Shown here piece after piece: positions 52,690 to 63,887 of a DNA stretch of 63,887 nucleotides (position 1 is the stretch's first letter; each line of letters starts with the position of its first letter). This DNA comes from Welwitschia mirabilis. Taxonomy: Eukaryota. The position numbers were made by a program, and so were the translations under genes. The notes under the pieces were generated by a model that was given only the letters and a program-made list of their open reading frames with translations, searched no databases and was not told where the DNA came from. The stretch spans positions 12,439,171 to 12,503,057 of the forward strand of contig JBOZIK010000001.1 of assembly GCA_051453625.1 (NCBI GenBank), read 5' to 3'.

Positions 52690-55600
52690 AATAAGATAGC
52701 CAATAAAAATTAAGGGATGAGAAAGGTAAGTTTTTTAAAAACCCTAAAAAATATAATTTGGATGACTAGACTAGAAGTAGGATTAAAATAGAGATAGAAG
52801 AGGAATATTTTAGTATAGATCAAACCACTATTGGAAATACTATGATAGAACAAATCTTTTTTGAATTCATGAGTGAAATAGAAAGTGCTTGCATATTCTT
52901 CTCAAATCACATATCAGTCAAGGAGAATCTTCCGAAATGGTTAGGATAAATAAACTTGAAAAGAAATTTGTAGCAAGATGCTATTAGAAAGATGATGGAG
53001 ATTCAAAACCTTTGAATTATAAAACTCACTAGCTAGAAGATTTAATTCCTATTAATGTTATAGTCTTAGAATACTCAAAAAAAGTGGGAAATATAAATAT
53101 AACATCAATACCTATTTTTGAGATCAAGAAATTATAAGAACCTCCACTGCATTTAAGTTTATTTGATGCATTCTACAAAGAAAATTATCTTAATTNNNNN
53201 NNNNNNNNNNNNNNNNNNNNNNNNNNNNNNNNNNNNNNNNNNNNNNNNNNNNNNNNNNNNNNNNNNNNNNNNNNNNNNNNNNNNNNNNNNNNNNNNNNNN
53301 NNNNNNNNNNNNNNNNNNNNNNNNNNNNNNNNNNNNNNNNNNNNNNNNNNNNNNNNNNNNNNNNNNNNNNNNNNNNNNNNNNNNNNNNNNNNNNNNNNNN
53401 NNNNNNNNNNNNNNNNNNNNNNNNNNNNNNNNNNNNNNNNNNNNNNNNNNNNNNNNNNNNNNNNNNNNNNNNNNNNNNNNNNNNNGAGTCAAACTTTAAA
53501 GGAATTAGACTTACTATGTAGAGGAAGCATTAAGACAAAGAATGTTCAAGAGGTAGGAGAAGCTATTACTTAGTTTTATAACGTGAGTTAAGGATGGGAA
53601 CTAAAAATGAAAAGAAGAAGAGAATAAATAAAGTATTTACCATAAAAGCAAATGGTAATATGTATAGTTCAAAGCATATCAGTCTTATGGAAGAAGTAGT
53701 TAAAAAAGTGACTAATAGTATGGTAGAAAAATTTGATCAGCTAGTTGTACAATACTTTAAAGAGGAAGAAGAACCTATATACAAACTTTGTGGAGAAGAT
53801 AATCATGAAGGAACAGAATGTCTCTACATGTAAAAATTTGTTCATTGATTAGATATTAATAGAGCAAATTTAAATATAGAAAATCAATCTTAAGTAAGAA
53901 AAAAACCATATCCTTATAAAAGTAGGAAATGAGATAATAAGTCAGAAAAACCATTATAAAAGTATGTAAATTATTAAAGGAAAGAGTAATATAATTATTA
54001 TAGGAATTATAGAAACAAAGATTCAAAAAACATGAAAGAAAAATTGGAGGCAGAGAAGAAAGAAGGTAAAATTCCTGCTTAACCTCAATCTAATCCAAGT
54101 GAAGTAATAAGTAAAGCAATGAGTACTAGATCTAGAAATAGATGGTAATAGATAAATACTAAGAAAAGAAAAGAAATTTAAATAGCTCTCTAGTTTATAA
54201 AGGAATAAATAAGGGAAAGAAAAAGTAGTTGAGGCATTAGTAGATCCTCTACCTTTTTCAATGAGAATTAAATAAAGAAAAAATCCAAAAATTGATAGGA
54301 ATATAGAATATTTAACAAAATTTTTATAAGATATGATCATATTATTACCTCTTTTAAAATTACTAAAAGATGTACCTATGTATTAGAAGAAAATGAAGAG
54401 CATGTTCTTAAAACAAAGGAATAAAAAGAAAAGTAAGAAGGAAAAATAAATTAAGATGATTAGGAAAGATTAAGTTTCTTGGGTTTCCACATAAGTTATT
54501 TAAAATGAACAACATGAAAAGGACAGTGACCCAAGAACACCTATGATAGACATAAAAATTAGTGAAAATCTCAAAGTATAAGCACTTTTGAATCTAGAAG
54601 CAAGTGTTAATGTGATGGCATATGAGACTTATGAGGAATCAAAAAAGCCAAATTTAATATCTTATGAAGGAAAAGTATACCTAATACTAGAAGGAATTCT
54701 AAAGAATATGCCCATTAAACTCCAAGCATATATCTACTTGATGGATTTTTTAGTAATGAAGACTCAAAGAGAAGACTCAAAGAGATACTAATGCAATAAT
54801 TTTAGAAAGACCTTAGATGGCTACTACAGATTCTACTATTTATTCTAAGAAAAGGATAATGGAAGTCAATTTAGGAGATGTTAAGAAAGATATTAAGTTA
54901 TTTAATGTAGTAGTTGTAGGGGAGATGGTGCATAATAAAAAATATAGAATTAATGCAATTCTAATATAAGAGATTAATATGATGTTAAACAAGAAAAATG
55001 AAGAAAATTATAAAGAAGAAAGTTTGACATCTCAAGAAATAGAAAAGCCTTTACTCAAGAAAGGGTTAGAGTATATTGAAGTAGTTCCAAATAGACCTCT
55101 AATTATAAATAGTTCTTTAACTCATTCTTAGGGGAAAAAAATCTTCAAAGAATGCTGATTAGAAAAAAATGAGCTTTTGCTTGGGATCATATTGATATTA
55201 ACAAAATAGATTTAAAAATATATCAATATAAAATTTATTTAAACACTTTTATTAAATCAAATAGGCAACCAGAAAGAATATGCAATTCACATATGAAAAA
55301 ATAATTACATAAGAAATTTCTAAACTCTAAGATGTTGGATTCATATATCCTATATCTGATTTAGAATGCTTTAGTCCTATTACACTAATGCCAAATACAG
55401 AAAATCAATAGAAAGTGTGTATATATTCTTAAATGTTGAATACAAAAACTTATAAAGATCATTTTTATCTCTCATTTATAGATTAAGTTTTAGAAAGAGT
55501 ATTTGGACATTAGTACTATAGCTTTTATGATGGATATACTGGATATAATTAGGTTTCAATAGCTTTGGAGAATCAAGCCAAGACAACTTTTACTTATCAT

Positions 55601-57930
55601 TGGGCTACTTATGCTTATAAATTATTACTATTTGGGTTATGTAATGCCCTTGCTACCTTCTAAAGGTTAGTAAATAGTATTTTTAAAGATATGATAAGAA
55701 GATATATTAAAGTATTTATGGATGATTTCTCAACTTTTAGAAATAATTTTGATGAGATACTTGACAAATTAAAAAGAGTTTAGAAAGATGTGAAGAGAAT
55801 CACTTAAAACTTAGCTAATTAAAAAATCATCTTATGGTGATGGAAGAAATAGTATTGGGACATAAAATATCTAAAAAAGGGATTGAGAATCATGTCCAAA
55901 AAAGTAAATTCATAAAAGATATCTTACCCTCAACCAAATGAAAAGAGTTATGATCTTTCTTAGGGCATGTTGGATATTATAGAAGATATATATCTAAGTT
56001 TAGTAAAATTACTAAACCTCTGAGTAACCTTTTACAGAAGGATGTGGAATATAATTGAACTGATGAATGGTAAAGTACTTACAAAACTTTAAAAAATAAA
56101 GTTTTATTAACACTTATTTTATAGGGATCTAATAGAACAATACCATTCCACATTATGACTAATGTAGCTAGTCACGCAATGGGAGTTATTTTGGGGTAAA
56201 AAGATGAAAATGATAAATCATACACTATTGTCTATGTTAATAAAATTTTTAAACCAACTCAACAACATTATGTAGTGACTACAAAAGATTTGTTGGTAGT
56301 AGTGATGATATTAAAAAAATTTAAATACAATATTTTAGCTTATGAAATGAAAGTTCATATAGACCATAATGTTATTAGATTTTTAATAAATGAAAAAAGG
56401 TTAATTTAAGAATTATGAGATGGATATTATTAATTCAAGAATTTAACTTAAAAATTATTAACAGAAGAGGACCTGAAAATGTAGCAATAGATCACCTCTC
56501 AAGATTACAATTTCCTAATGAATAAAAAATAAATATAAGAGATGAATTTCTAGATAAACATCTCTTTCAAGTAAAAACTAGTCCAATGTATGATGACATA
56601 ACANNNNNNNNNNNNNNNNNNNNNNNNNNNNNNNNNNNNNNNNNNNNNNNNNNNNNNNNNNNNNNNNNNNNNNNNNNNNNNNNNNNNNNNNNNNNNNNNN
56701 NNNAAATATAAGAGATGAATTTCTAGATAAACATCTCTTTCAAGTAAAAACTAGTCCATAGTATGCTGACATAGAAAATTTTATTGTAAGTAAGAAATCA
56801 CTATATTTTATGAATTAGTATGAATGAAAAATATTGTTAAAATAATCTAGAGACTACAAATGGAATGATAATATGTTATTTAGAAAATGTAAATATCATG
56901 TTATTAGAAGATGTGTGGAAGAAAATTTACAGTAGGAAATTATGAAGGAAGTTCATGATGGAAAAGAAGAAGGAAATTATGGTGCAAGAAGAATGAAGAT
57001 TAAAAGATTCTTCGTATGAGATATTATTATCCCATAATATTTAGAGATTCAAATGCTTATTTTTAGAGTTGTGATAAGTATTGAAGAGAGAGAGCATTTA
57101 ACTAGTCTCTATTGATTATTTTACTACATGTGCCAAGGCTAATGATGTAACTCACTTAAATCATAGTTACTTTTTTCTTTAGGAATATTATCCATCCATT
57201 TGGAGCCCCTCGAATCTTATATCTGATAGAAGAACTCATTTTACTAGTGAAATTTTCAAGAAACTCTTAACTAAACATGGGATCCACTACAAACTCTCTA
57301 TTGATGATCATCCTTAATCTAATGATGAAGTTGAAGTGATTAATAGAGAAATTAATAGAATATTAATAAAATTCATAAATATGAAGAAAATAGGTTGGGC
57401 TGAAAAATTAAATAAAGCTTTATGTTCTTAAATTAAAAACATAGCATGGATTTACATCATATGAATTAGTCTATGGAAAAAGAGTTATTTTGTCAAGTGA
57501 ATTTAGAATAAAAACCTTTAAATTAGCTAAAGAACTAAAGTGTAATTTGGTTATAGCTTAAGAAGAATGGATAGAAAACATGAATATTTTGAATAAAAAT
57601 AAAAAATAAGCTCTTTTTGTGAAAATAACTTATACAATAGAAAACTAAAATATATCATGATAATAAAATTAGAAAAATCAATTTTAATATAGGAGATTTT
57701 GTACTAATCTAGATTCTAAAAATATCCATTTAAAATATAAATATGAACAAAATTAGCTAGGGCCTTATACCATAACAAAAATTTTGGGAAATGGAACCAT
57801 AGAGGTATATGATCCTAATGAAAATATAACCTACCAAGTAAATGGGCAAAGAATAAAAATGTATTATGATCATAAATCTTTATTTCATTATCTCAAGAAC
57901 TACAATAAGGTGTAAAGAATACTTTCACTC
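52690..57930 (+). pseudogene. gag-pol: Element C gag-pol
   Basis: PR ALLNLEASVNVM (DLGASVN). RT YDGYTGYN*VSIALENQAKTTF..LLFGLCNA..VFMDDF. RH RWILLIQEF..ENVAIDHLSR. INT HP*SNDEVEVINRE, LGPY..VNGQRIK. Confidence 0.9.
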
Positions 57931-58163
57931 ATAAAATAAAAAATTTTAGACTAAATGATAATGACATATCATTTATCCAAGCTATCAATTTATTAAGTTG
58001 TTCAAGATAGATTTAATGATTCTAAAATAAGAAGCTAACTTAGTAAGTCTTCAATAAGAGATAGTGTATTATCCTTATTAAAAATATTGAGGAGACACAT
58101 TCCATCACATGATAGAATATCTTTTGATAAATATGTATGTGTGTGTATGTATATATATGTAGA

Positions 58164-58334
58164 ATGTTCTACTACAAGTTCACAGAGGTAAATATTCCGG
58201 AGAGGGGCTTTTGATAGTGTAATATAGTAGCTATGAGAACTCCATTAAGGGATTAGTTAGTGATGATCTATATTTTGAAAATCTTATGGATTTTTACTCT
58301 TCTAACAGTGGTTGTACTCTCCTCATTTTGGCTA
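58164..58334 (+). pseudogene. Accessory ORF1 of C: small hydrophobic peptide
   Basis: MFYYKFTEVNIPERGF...KILWIFTLLTVVVLSSFWL, truncated by a gap. Homologous to 17182-17346. Confidence 0.55.
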
Positions 58335-58699
58335 NNNNNNNNNNNNNNNNNNNNNNNNNNNNNNNNNNNNNNNNNNNNNNNNNNNNNNNNNNNNNNNNNN
58401 NNNNNNNNNNNNNNNNNNNNNNNNNNNNNNNNNNNNNNNNNNNNNNNNNNNNNNNNNNNNNNNNNNNNNNNNNNNNNNNNNNNNNNNNNNNNNNNNNNNN
58501 NNNNNNNNNNNNNNNNNNNNNNNNNNNNNNNNNNNNNNNNNNNNNNNNNNNNNNNNNNNNNNNNNNNNNNNNNNNNNNNNNNNNNNNNNNNNNNNNNNNN
58601 NNNNNNNNNNNNNNNNNNNNNNNNNNNNNNNNNNNNNNNNNNNNNNNNNNNNNNNNNNNNNNNNNNNNNNNNNNNNNNNNNNNNNNNNNNNNNNNATTC

Positions 58700-59340
58700 T
58701 TTTTGTTGGAGTGTCTCGTCTTAGATAACCCTATAAAACTCTTACATAGGGATAGCTAGTACATTTTCGTTAAAGATCGTAATAGCATGCTTATTTCTTC
58801 TAGGTGAGCTCACCAAAAATTCTTGTAAGGCTTTGCATTTCATATCATTTTCTCTATGTTGTTCCTATCAAAGCTTAGTAAAGCTAGACTAAGTATAGGA
58901 GTTGTACCTTAAGGCTAATCCACTTTCTTTTCTAATACCTACATCCATTCAAATGATTTTTCTAAGGAAACATTATAAGCTGAGTCTTCTTAATTAAGTT
59001 GCTGACATAATTCTTCCGTCCTAACCCTTAGATACTTGTCCAACAGATGATAAACCATGGGGTCAAAACCTATAGAAATGACTCCATTCCCAAAGTGTTC
59101 TTTACCATCTTCAGTATAAAAGGTATCTAATGTATCTAAGACCTTGAGAGTTGATTTATAATCATCATATAGTGAGTATTTCACCCCATTCTCATATCTA
59201 ACAATAATTTGAGGTAATGGAGGTTCTACACTTCTAATACACATATCAATCTACATAGAGTTAAAAATGTAATTCTTTACCTTTTTAACACCTAAAGTAG
59301 TAATGGTGGAGTGAGAGAGGAGTAGACACCATAAGGATTA
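58700..59340 (-). pseudogene. Accessory ORF2 of C: antisense ORF
   Basis: Includes the track ORF 58990-59244 and continues after a frameshift as YNVSLEKSFEWM*VLEKKV..GTTPILSLALLSFDRN. Confidence 0.65.
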
Positions 59341-61049
59341 AATAAGAATAAATAGTAAGGATTGAATAAGATTGAGTAGAGGAACTCTAAGACTCAATAT
59401 AGAGAATGATGAATGGTTAGCATAAAGGAATGAAATTTATATCATAAGTATTACTTAATGTAGTTGGCAAGTGTGATTTATCTTGAGATACTCAATGTAC
59501 ACATGTTTAGCAATGAAGTAAAATATTTCGAAGGAATTACATGCCTATTCTATCCAATAATTGAGATGTATCAATTATATAGAAATGATATTCATGTCAA
59601 GATAAAAACTAGAAAATTTAAAATTGACTGAGGTTTAACCTATAGTTAAAACTTTAGCTCAACTTATAATCAGCTTAGTTTTTCCCCCAAGTTGTAATTC
59701 TTTAAAGGGGGCCATTAGATTTTATTCTCATCATCGATTGCCAAGTGGTTAATTAAAATCCTAAAATATTTTTAAATCAAAAAACCTTTAAATAATGTTA
59801 TGAAAACATAGCTAGTAGTATATAGAAAAAGAATGTATTTTCAAAGAAGAATAAGAAAATAAATTTTACCTATATTATTTCTTTAGTAGCACATTATCAT
59901 AAGCTAAAATTCTAGAATAGGTTTATTGATTAACTGACACTAACTTAAATTCAAAAATTTTAGTAAGATTCAAAGTCAAGCCATGTGCTATAAGATTAAA
60001 AAGTTGATTGACACCAGTTTAAAGTTAAAACTTTGAGTTAAATTTCAAGTTAACTTATTTATGTTAAAGTAAAAAACTCGTTATTGAAGAGTGGGTTCCT
60101 TTTCTTGATGACCTCTATTAACTTTTTATTATATCTTCTTTTCATGATTATGCTTTTTTATTTCATCTCACTTAATTATATTTAAGTGGTTAGGATTCAA
60201 AGGACCATATCAAGGACTTTTGAGTTCTTGATGATGTCCTTCAAATCCTTTATCAGCTCCACAATGGATTCAATGATTCCTATTGAAAACTTAATATTTC
60301 TCAATGGCCCTCATTAAACCCTTGTATTGTAGAGAGTGATAACCACTTAAATGCAATCCCCTAGTTCTTTAACCTCTTACTTAAAATCAAACTTGATAAC
60401 CCTCTCCTCATTCTTGATGACCTCCATTGAAAATTAACAAATGGCTTATTTCCACATTATCTAATCCACATCAACCTCCACGAAATCCATTCCATTTCAA
60501 CTAATTTTCTTATTATTCTCTTTGCCACTACATCATTCATTTTTTACATCAACACCCATGTAGAAATGATTACTATTTTTTGGTGAAAATTTTTAGTATC
60601 TTCAAACATGTAAATTAAATGAAATAAAAGGTATAGGTTTTTACCTAGTTTAAGTGGGAATTAGGTATGTAATTTTACTTTTACTTCTGCATTTTACTTT
60701 CTCATGCTTAAGTTTAACATTATGGTAGAACTCCATATCAAAATTCCAGGTTTGTCATTCTATCTCATGTTTTTATTTCTAAGCATTCAGGAGTATGTAA
60801 ATGTTTAACTTGGGGTGGGTAAGATAAACAATAAATTTTGTGAAAAGAAAATGCTGGTGAAGCGTAAATTATTTCAAGATGATATTTTTAATTTTCTCTT
60901 TTCTAAAATGGCAATGTTTTATAAAAATAGATATGCTTATTAAGTGTGAATTTGTTTATTAGACATTATTACTTAAGTATTTTCCCCCCTTAATCTTCTT
61001 CCAGCTAAGGTTCTAAAAAACCTTGTTTAACTTAAACAATTAGGACAAT

Positions 61050-63120
61050 TTGATAAAATGTAAAATTATTTCTTCCTTAAATTTTACAAATGTGCTTTTA
61101 GACCCTATTTAGTAGATTTTAAATAAAGAATCATTGAATTAGGCTGGTATGAGTGGTTAACCATAAATAAGAGATTTACTTTAAAATCTGTTTATGAATT
61201 TTATAAGAATTTAAGGTTTGATGAGAAGAATAATGTACTAGAAACAATTGTTAAGAATAAGAGAATATCCATTACTCAAGAAGAAATTAAAGAAATGTTG
61301 CACTTACCATCTAGAGGTAACTCTGTTAAGGATATAAGTAGGAAAGAAGATACAAATTTAAGCATAAGTCTATTAGAGAGGATGGTAGTGAAAGGAAAGA
61401 TCCCTATAAATAAAGATTTAGAACTATAATACTTTATTATTTCAAAAATTAAGATTAGTAATTTAGTAATAATTCTTTACAATCAATAGGATATCATACT
61501 ACCTAACCTATACATGATAGCAACTATGAAGAATAGAACANNNNNNNNNNNNNNNNNNNNNNNNNNNNNNNNNNNNNNNNNNNNNNNNNNNNNNNNNNNN
61601 NNNNNNNNNNNNNNNNNNNNNNNNNNNNNNNNNNNNNNNNNNNNNNNNNNNNNNNNNNNNNNNNNNNNNNNNNNNNNNNNNNNNNNNNNNNNNNNNNNNN
61701 NNNNNGTAGTGCAAGGAAAAATCCCTATAAATAAAGATTTAGAACTAGAATTCTTTATTATTTCAAAAATTAAGACTAGTAATTTAGTACTAATTCTTTA
61801 CAATCAATAGGATATCATACTACCTGACTTATACATGATAGCAGCTGTGAAGAATAGAATAAATTAAACAAATGTTAATATTATAGAAGGAATCTTTGTA
61901 GGTTTAGTTAGACATATTTCAAAAAAGAAGAAATTTGAAATAGAAGCTTATGGTGCAGTTGGGCTAGNNNNNNNNNNNNNNNNNNNNNNNNNNNNNNNNN
62001 NNNNNNNNNNNNNNNNNNNNNNNNNNNNNNNNNNNNNNNNNNNNNNNNNNNNNNNNNNNNNNNNNNNTGTTTAGTAAATTTTAAATAATGTATCATTGAG
62101 GTAGGTTGGGATGAATGATTAATAATAAATAACATATTTACTTTGAAATTTGTTTATGAATTTTACAAGAATTTAAGATTTTATGAAAAGAATAATGTGT
62201 TGGAAACAATTGTTGAGAATAAAAGAATATCAATTACTCAAGAAGAAATCACAAGAATGTTGCTCTTACCATTTGGAGGTAAATCTATTAAGGATACAAG
62301 TAGGAAGGAAGATACAAATTTAAGCGTGAGTCTATTAAGAAGGATAGTAGTACGAGGTAACTTACCTATAAATAAAGCTTTATACTAGAGTTATTTATTA
62401 TTCCAAGAATTGTGGCTAGTAATTTAGTGTGAATTCTTTACAAACAAAAGGGTATCACATTACCTATTCTGTACATGAAAGAAGCTATAAAGGATAGAAC
62501 AAATCAAACAAATGTTAATATTATAGAAGGAATCTTTTTAGGTTTAGTTATACATATTTCAAAAATGAAGAAATTTGGAATAGAAGCTTATGGTGTAGTG
62601 GGGTTAGAATTTCCATCTTTGATAGACCAAATACTAAGTAAAAATAGGTTCCATTTAGGCCAAGTAAGTTCTGTGTGGATTTAACAATTCAATGTCTTTT
62701 TGGAGTTAAAGAATTAATCCTTTAAAAACCATAAAGCAAAGAAGTTAAACTCAAGGAACTTCTCAATTAGAACTAGGTGAACCCTCTTTTGTTCTTTAGA
62801 GCTTTCCATCATTATTTCCTCTTATAAGTGTGGGCGAAGATCCAACTTAGTTTACTTTCAAAGAACTTCCTCCTCCTCATCCATTATATCCTAGTCCATT
62901 CTATAAAGCACTAGGAGATAATACGTTTAATAGTCTTTGCACTGCTTTAAATTTAGTTAAGGATGAAATTCAAACTTATCTTGATTGAAAGAAAGAATTA
63001 TCAGAATTGCAGAACCAAGTTGCTTGTTAAGAATTGAGAATGAATTTTTAAGATAAAAATTAGATCAAGAAAAAAAAATGTTAAAAAATTACAACAATGA
63101 ATGATCAAAAAGGAGGAAAG
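61050..63120 (+). pseudogene. Accessory ORF3 of C: PF20167-like plant-transposon/env-like ORF (overlapping copies across gaps)
   Basis: EVGWDE*L...FVYEFYKNL...VENKRISITQEEITRMLLLP...GLEFPSLIDQIL, then a proline-rich linker and a coiled-coil tail. Confidence 0.7.
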
Positions 63121-63239
63121 TGTTTAACTCTCAGAATCATATAAGGACATGAGTAGAAAATTATACAAAGCATGTGAGTGAAATGTTAAATTATAAACAG
63201 CTGTTGAAGATAGAAATGAATTAGAAATTTTTCCAAAAA

Positions 63240-63887
63240 AAAGACCAAAATATTAGCCTTTTTATTGTAGAATCTCACTTCAACTAAGAAATATAATGCT
63301 AAATATATAAAGCATCAAAAAAAATTTATTACATTTATATATAATAAAGGGATTTTAACATTAAATAAGGAATACTCAGAGAAAATCTACACAAACCTAA
63401 AAGGTATGAATGAAAAATATATGAAGATTTAGGCAAAGGCCCAGAAGTATAGACACAAATGGATTGAAGTCTAAAATTTAATTAATATATTTTATAAGTA
63501 AATAAGAGATTTATTAATCAAATAACAGAAGAAAATANNNNNNNNNNCATCAAATTTAGCTATTTAGCATATGACCTTAGAAATAAAAGAAGAGATTAGA
63601 AGGATAGTAAATTTAATACAAGATATTCCTTCAACCTCTTCAAATTTTGTTGCTAAAATTAAAAATAAAATAAAACTAAGTATTATAGATGCTTTCAAAG
63701 AATCTTATTTAGAATTGAAAAAGGATATTAGATTAATACATTAGAATATACCTAAATTCTTATTCAAAATTTAGAAAAAGAAAATATAAGATTACTACAT
63801 GAATTATGCCTGATGGAGGTTAAATTAAGTAAAACCATGAAGGATTGGCAATTTCTTGAAGCCTTGATTATTATCCCTAGAAGTTAT
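63240..63887 (+). pseudogene. Accessory ORF4 of C (coiled-coil), truncated by the window end
   Basis: KYIKHQKKFITFIYNKGILTLNKEYSEKIY and LIQNLEKENIRLLHELCLMEVKLSK. Confidence 0.6.

Larger units (their letters stand above)
50078..63887 (+). mobile_element. Athila-like Ty3/Gypsy element C (diverged from A/B), running off the window end
   Basis: LTR, tRNA-Asn PBS, gag-pol and four accessory ORFs in the same order as in A/B. Confidence 0.85.

Noticed and set aside
58134-58160. Short (TG/TA)n tract, also (TA)n at ~50219
   Set aside because: Ordinary short microsatellites.
363-62135. ORF-track entries containing long X runs
   Set aside because: They are artefacts of translating N gaps.
1-63887. 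Host protein-coding gene or species assignment
   Set aside because: No intact or exon-like host coding signal was found, and the sequence alone does not identify the organism beyond a plant-type TE complement.

Overview
Very AT-rich, CpG-depleted eukaryotic (plant-type) DNA from a gapped draft assembly. I found no intact host gene, RNA gene or CRISPR array. The window is a nested stack of old, degenerate LTR retrotransposons. (1) An Athila-type gag fragment and a minus-strand remnant (probably Copia/SIRE) at 1-4500, the latter hit by a younger TSD-flanked LTR (3217-3760). (2) A minus-strand Athila-type element D with LTRs at ~4512-6711 and ~49393-50077. (3) A Tekay-type chromovirus starting at 7324, with its RT split at 8931/34408. 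(4) A three-LTR block of tRNA-Asn-primed Athila-like elements A and B (8932-34407) that causes that split. (5) A related but diverged tRNA-Asn-primed element C (50078 to the end). The most interesting signal came from hand-translating the long regions 3' of pol. A/B and C share a collinear cassette of four extra ORFs conserved at the protein level: a small transmembrane ORF, an antisense ORF, a plant-transposon/env-like ORF, and a coiled-coil ORF. Many 100-N gaps have duplicated flanks, so some apparent repeats are probably assembly or haplotype artefacts. All alignments were done by eye, and coordinates of decayed ORFs are approximate.
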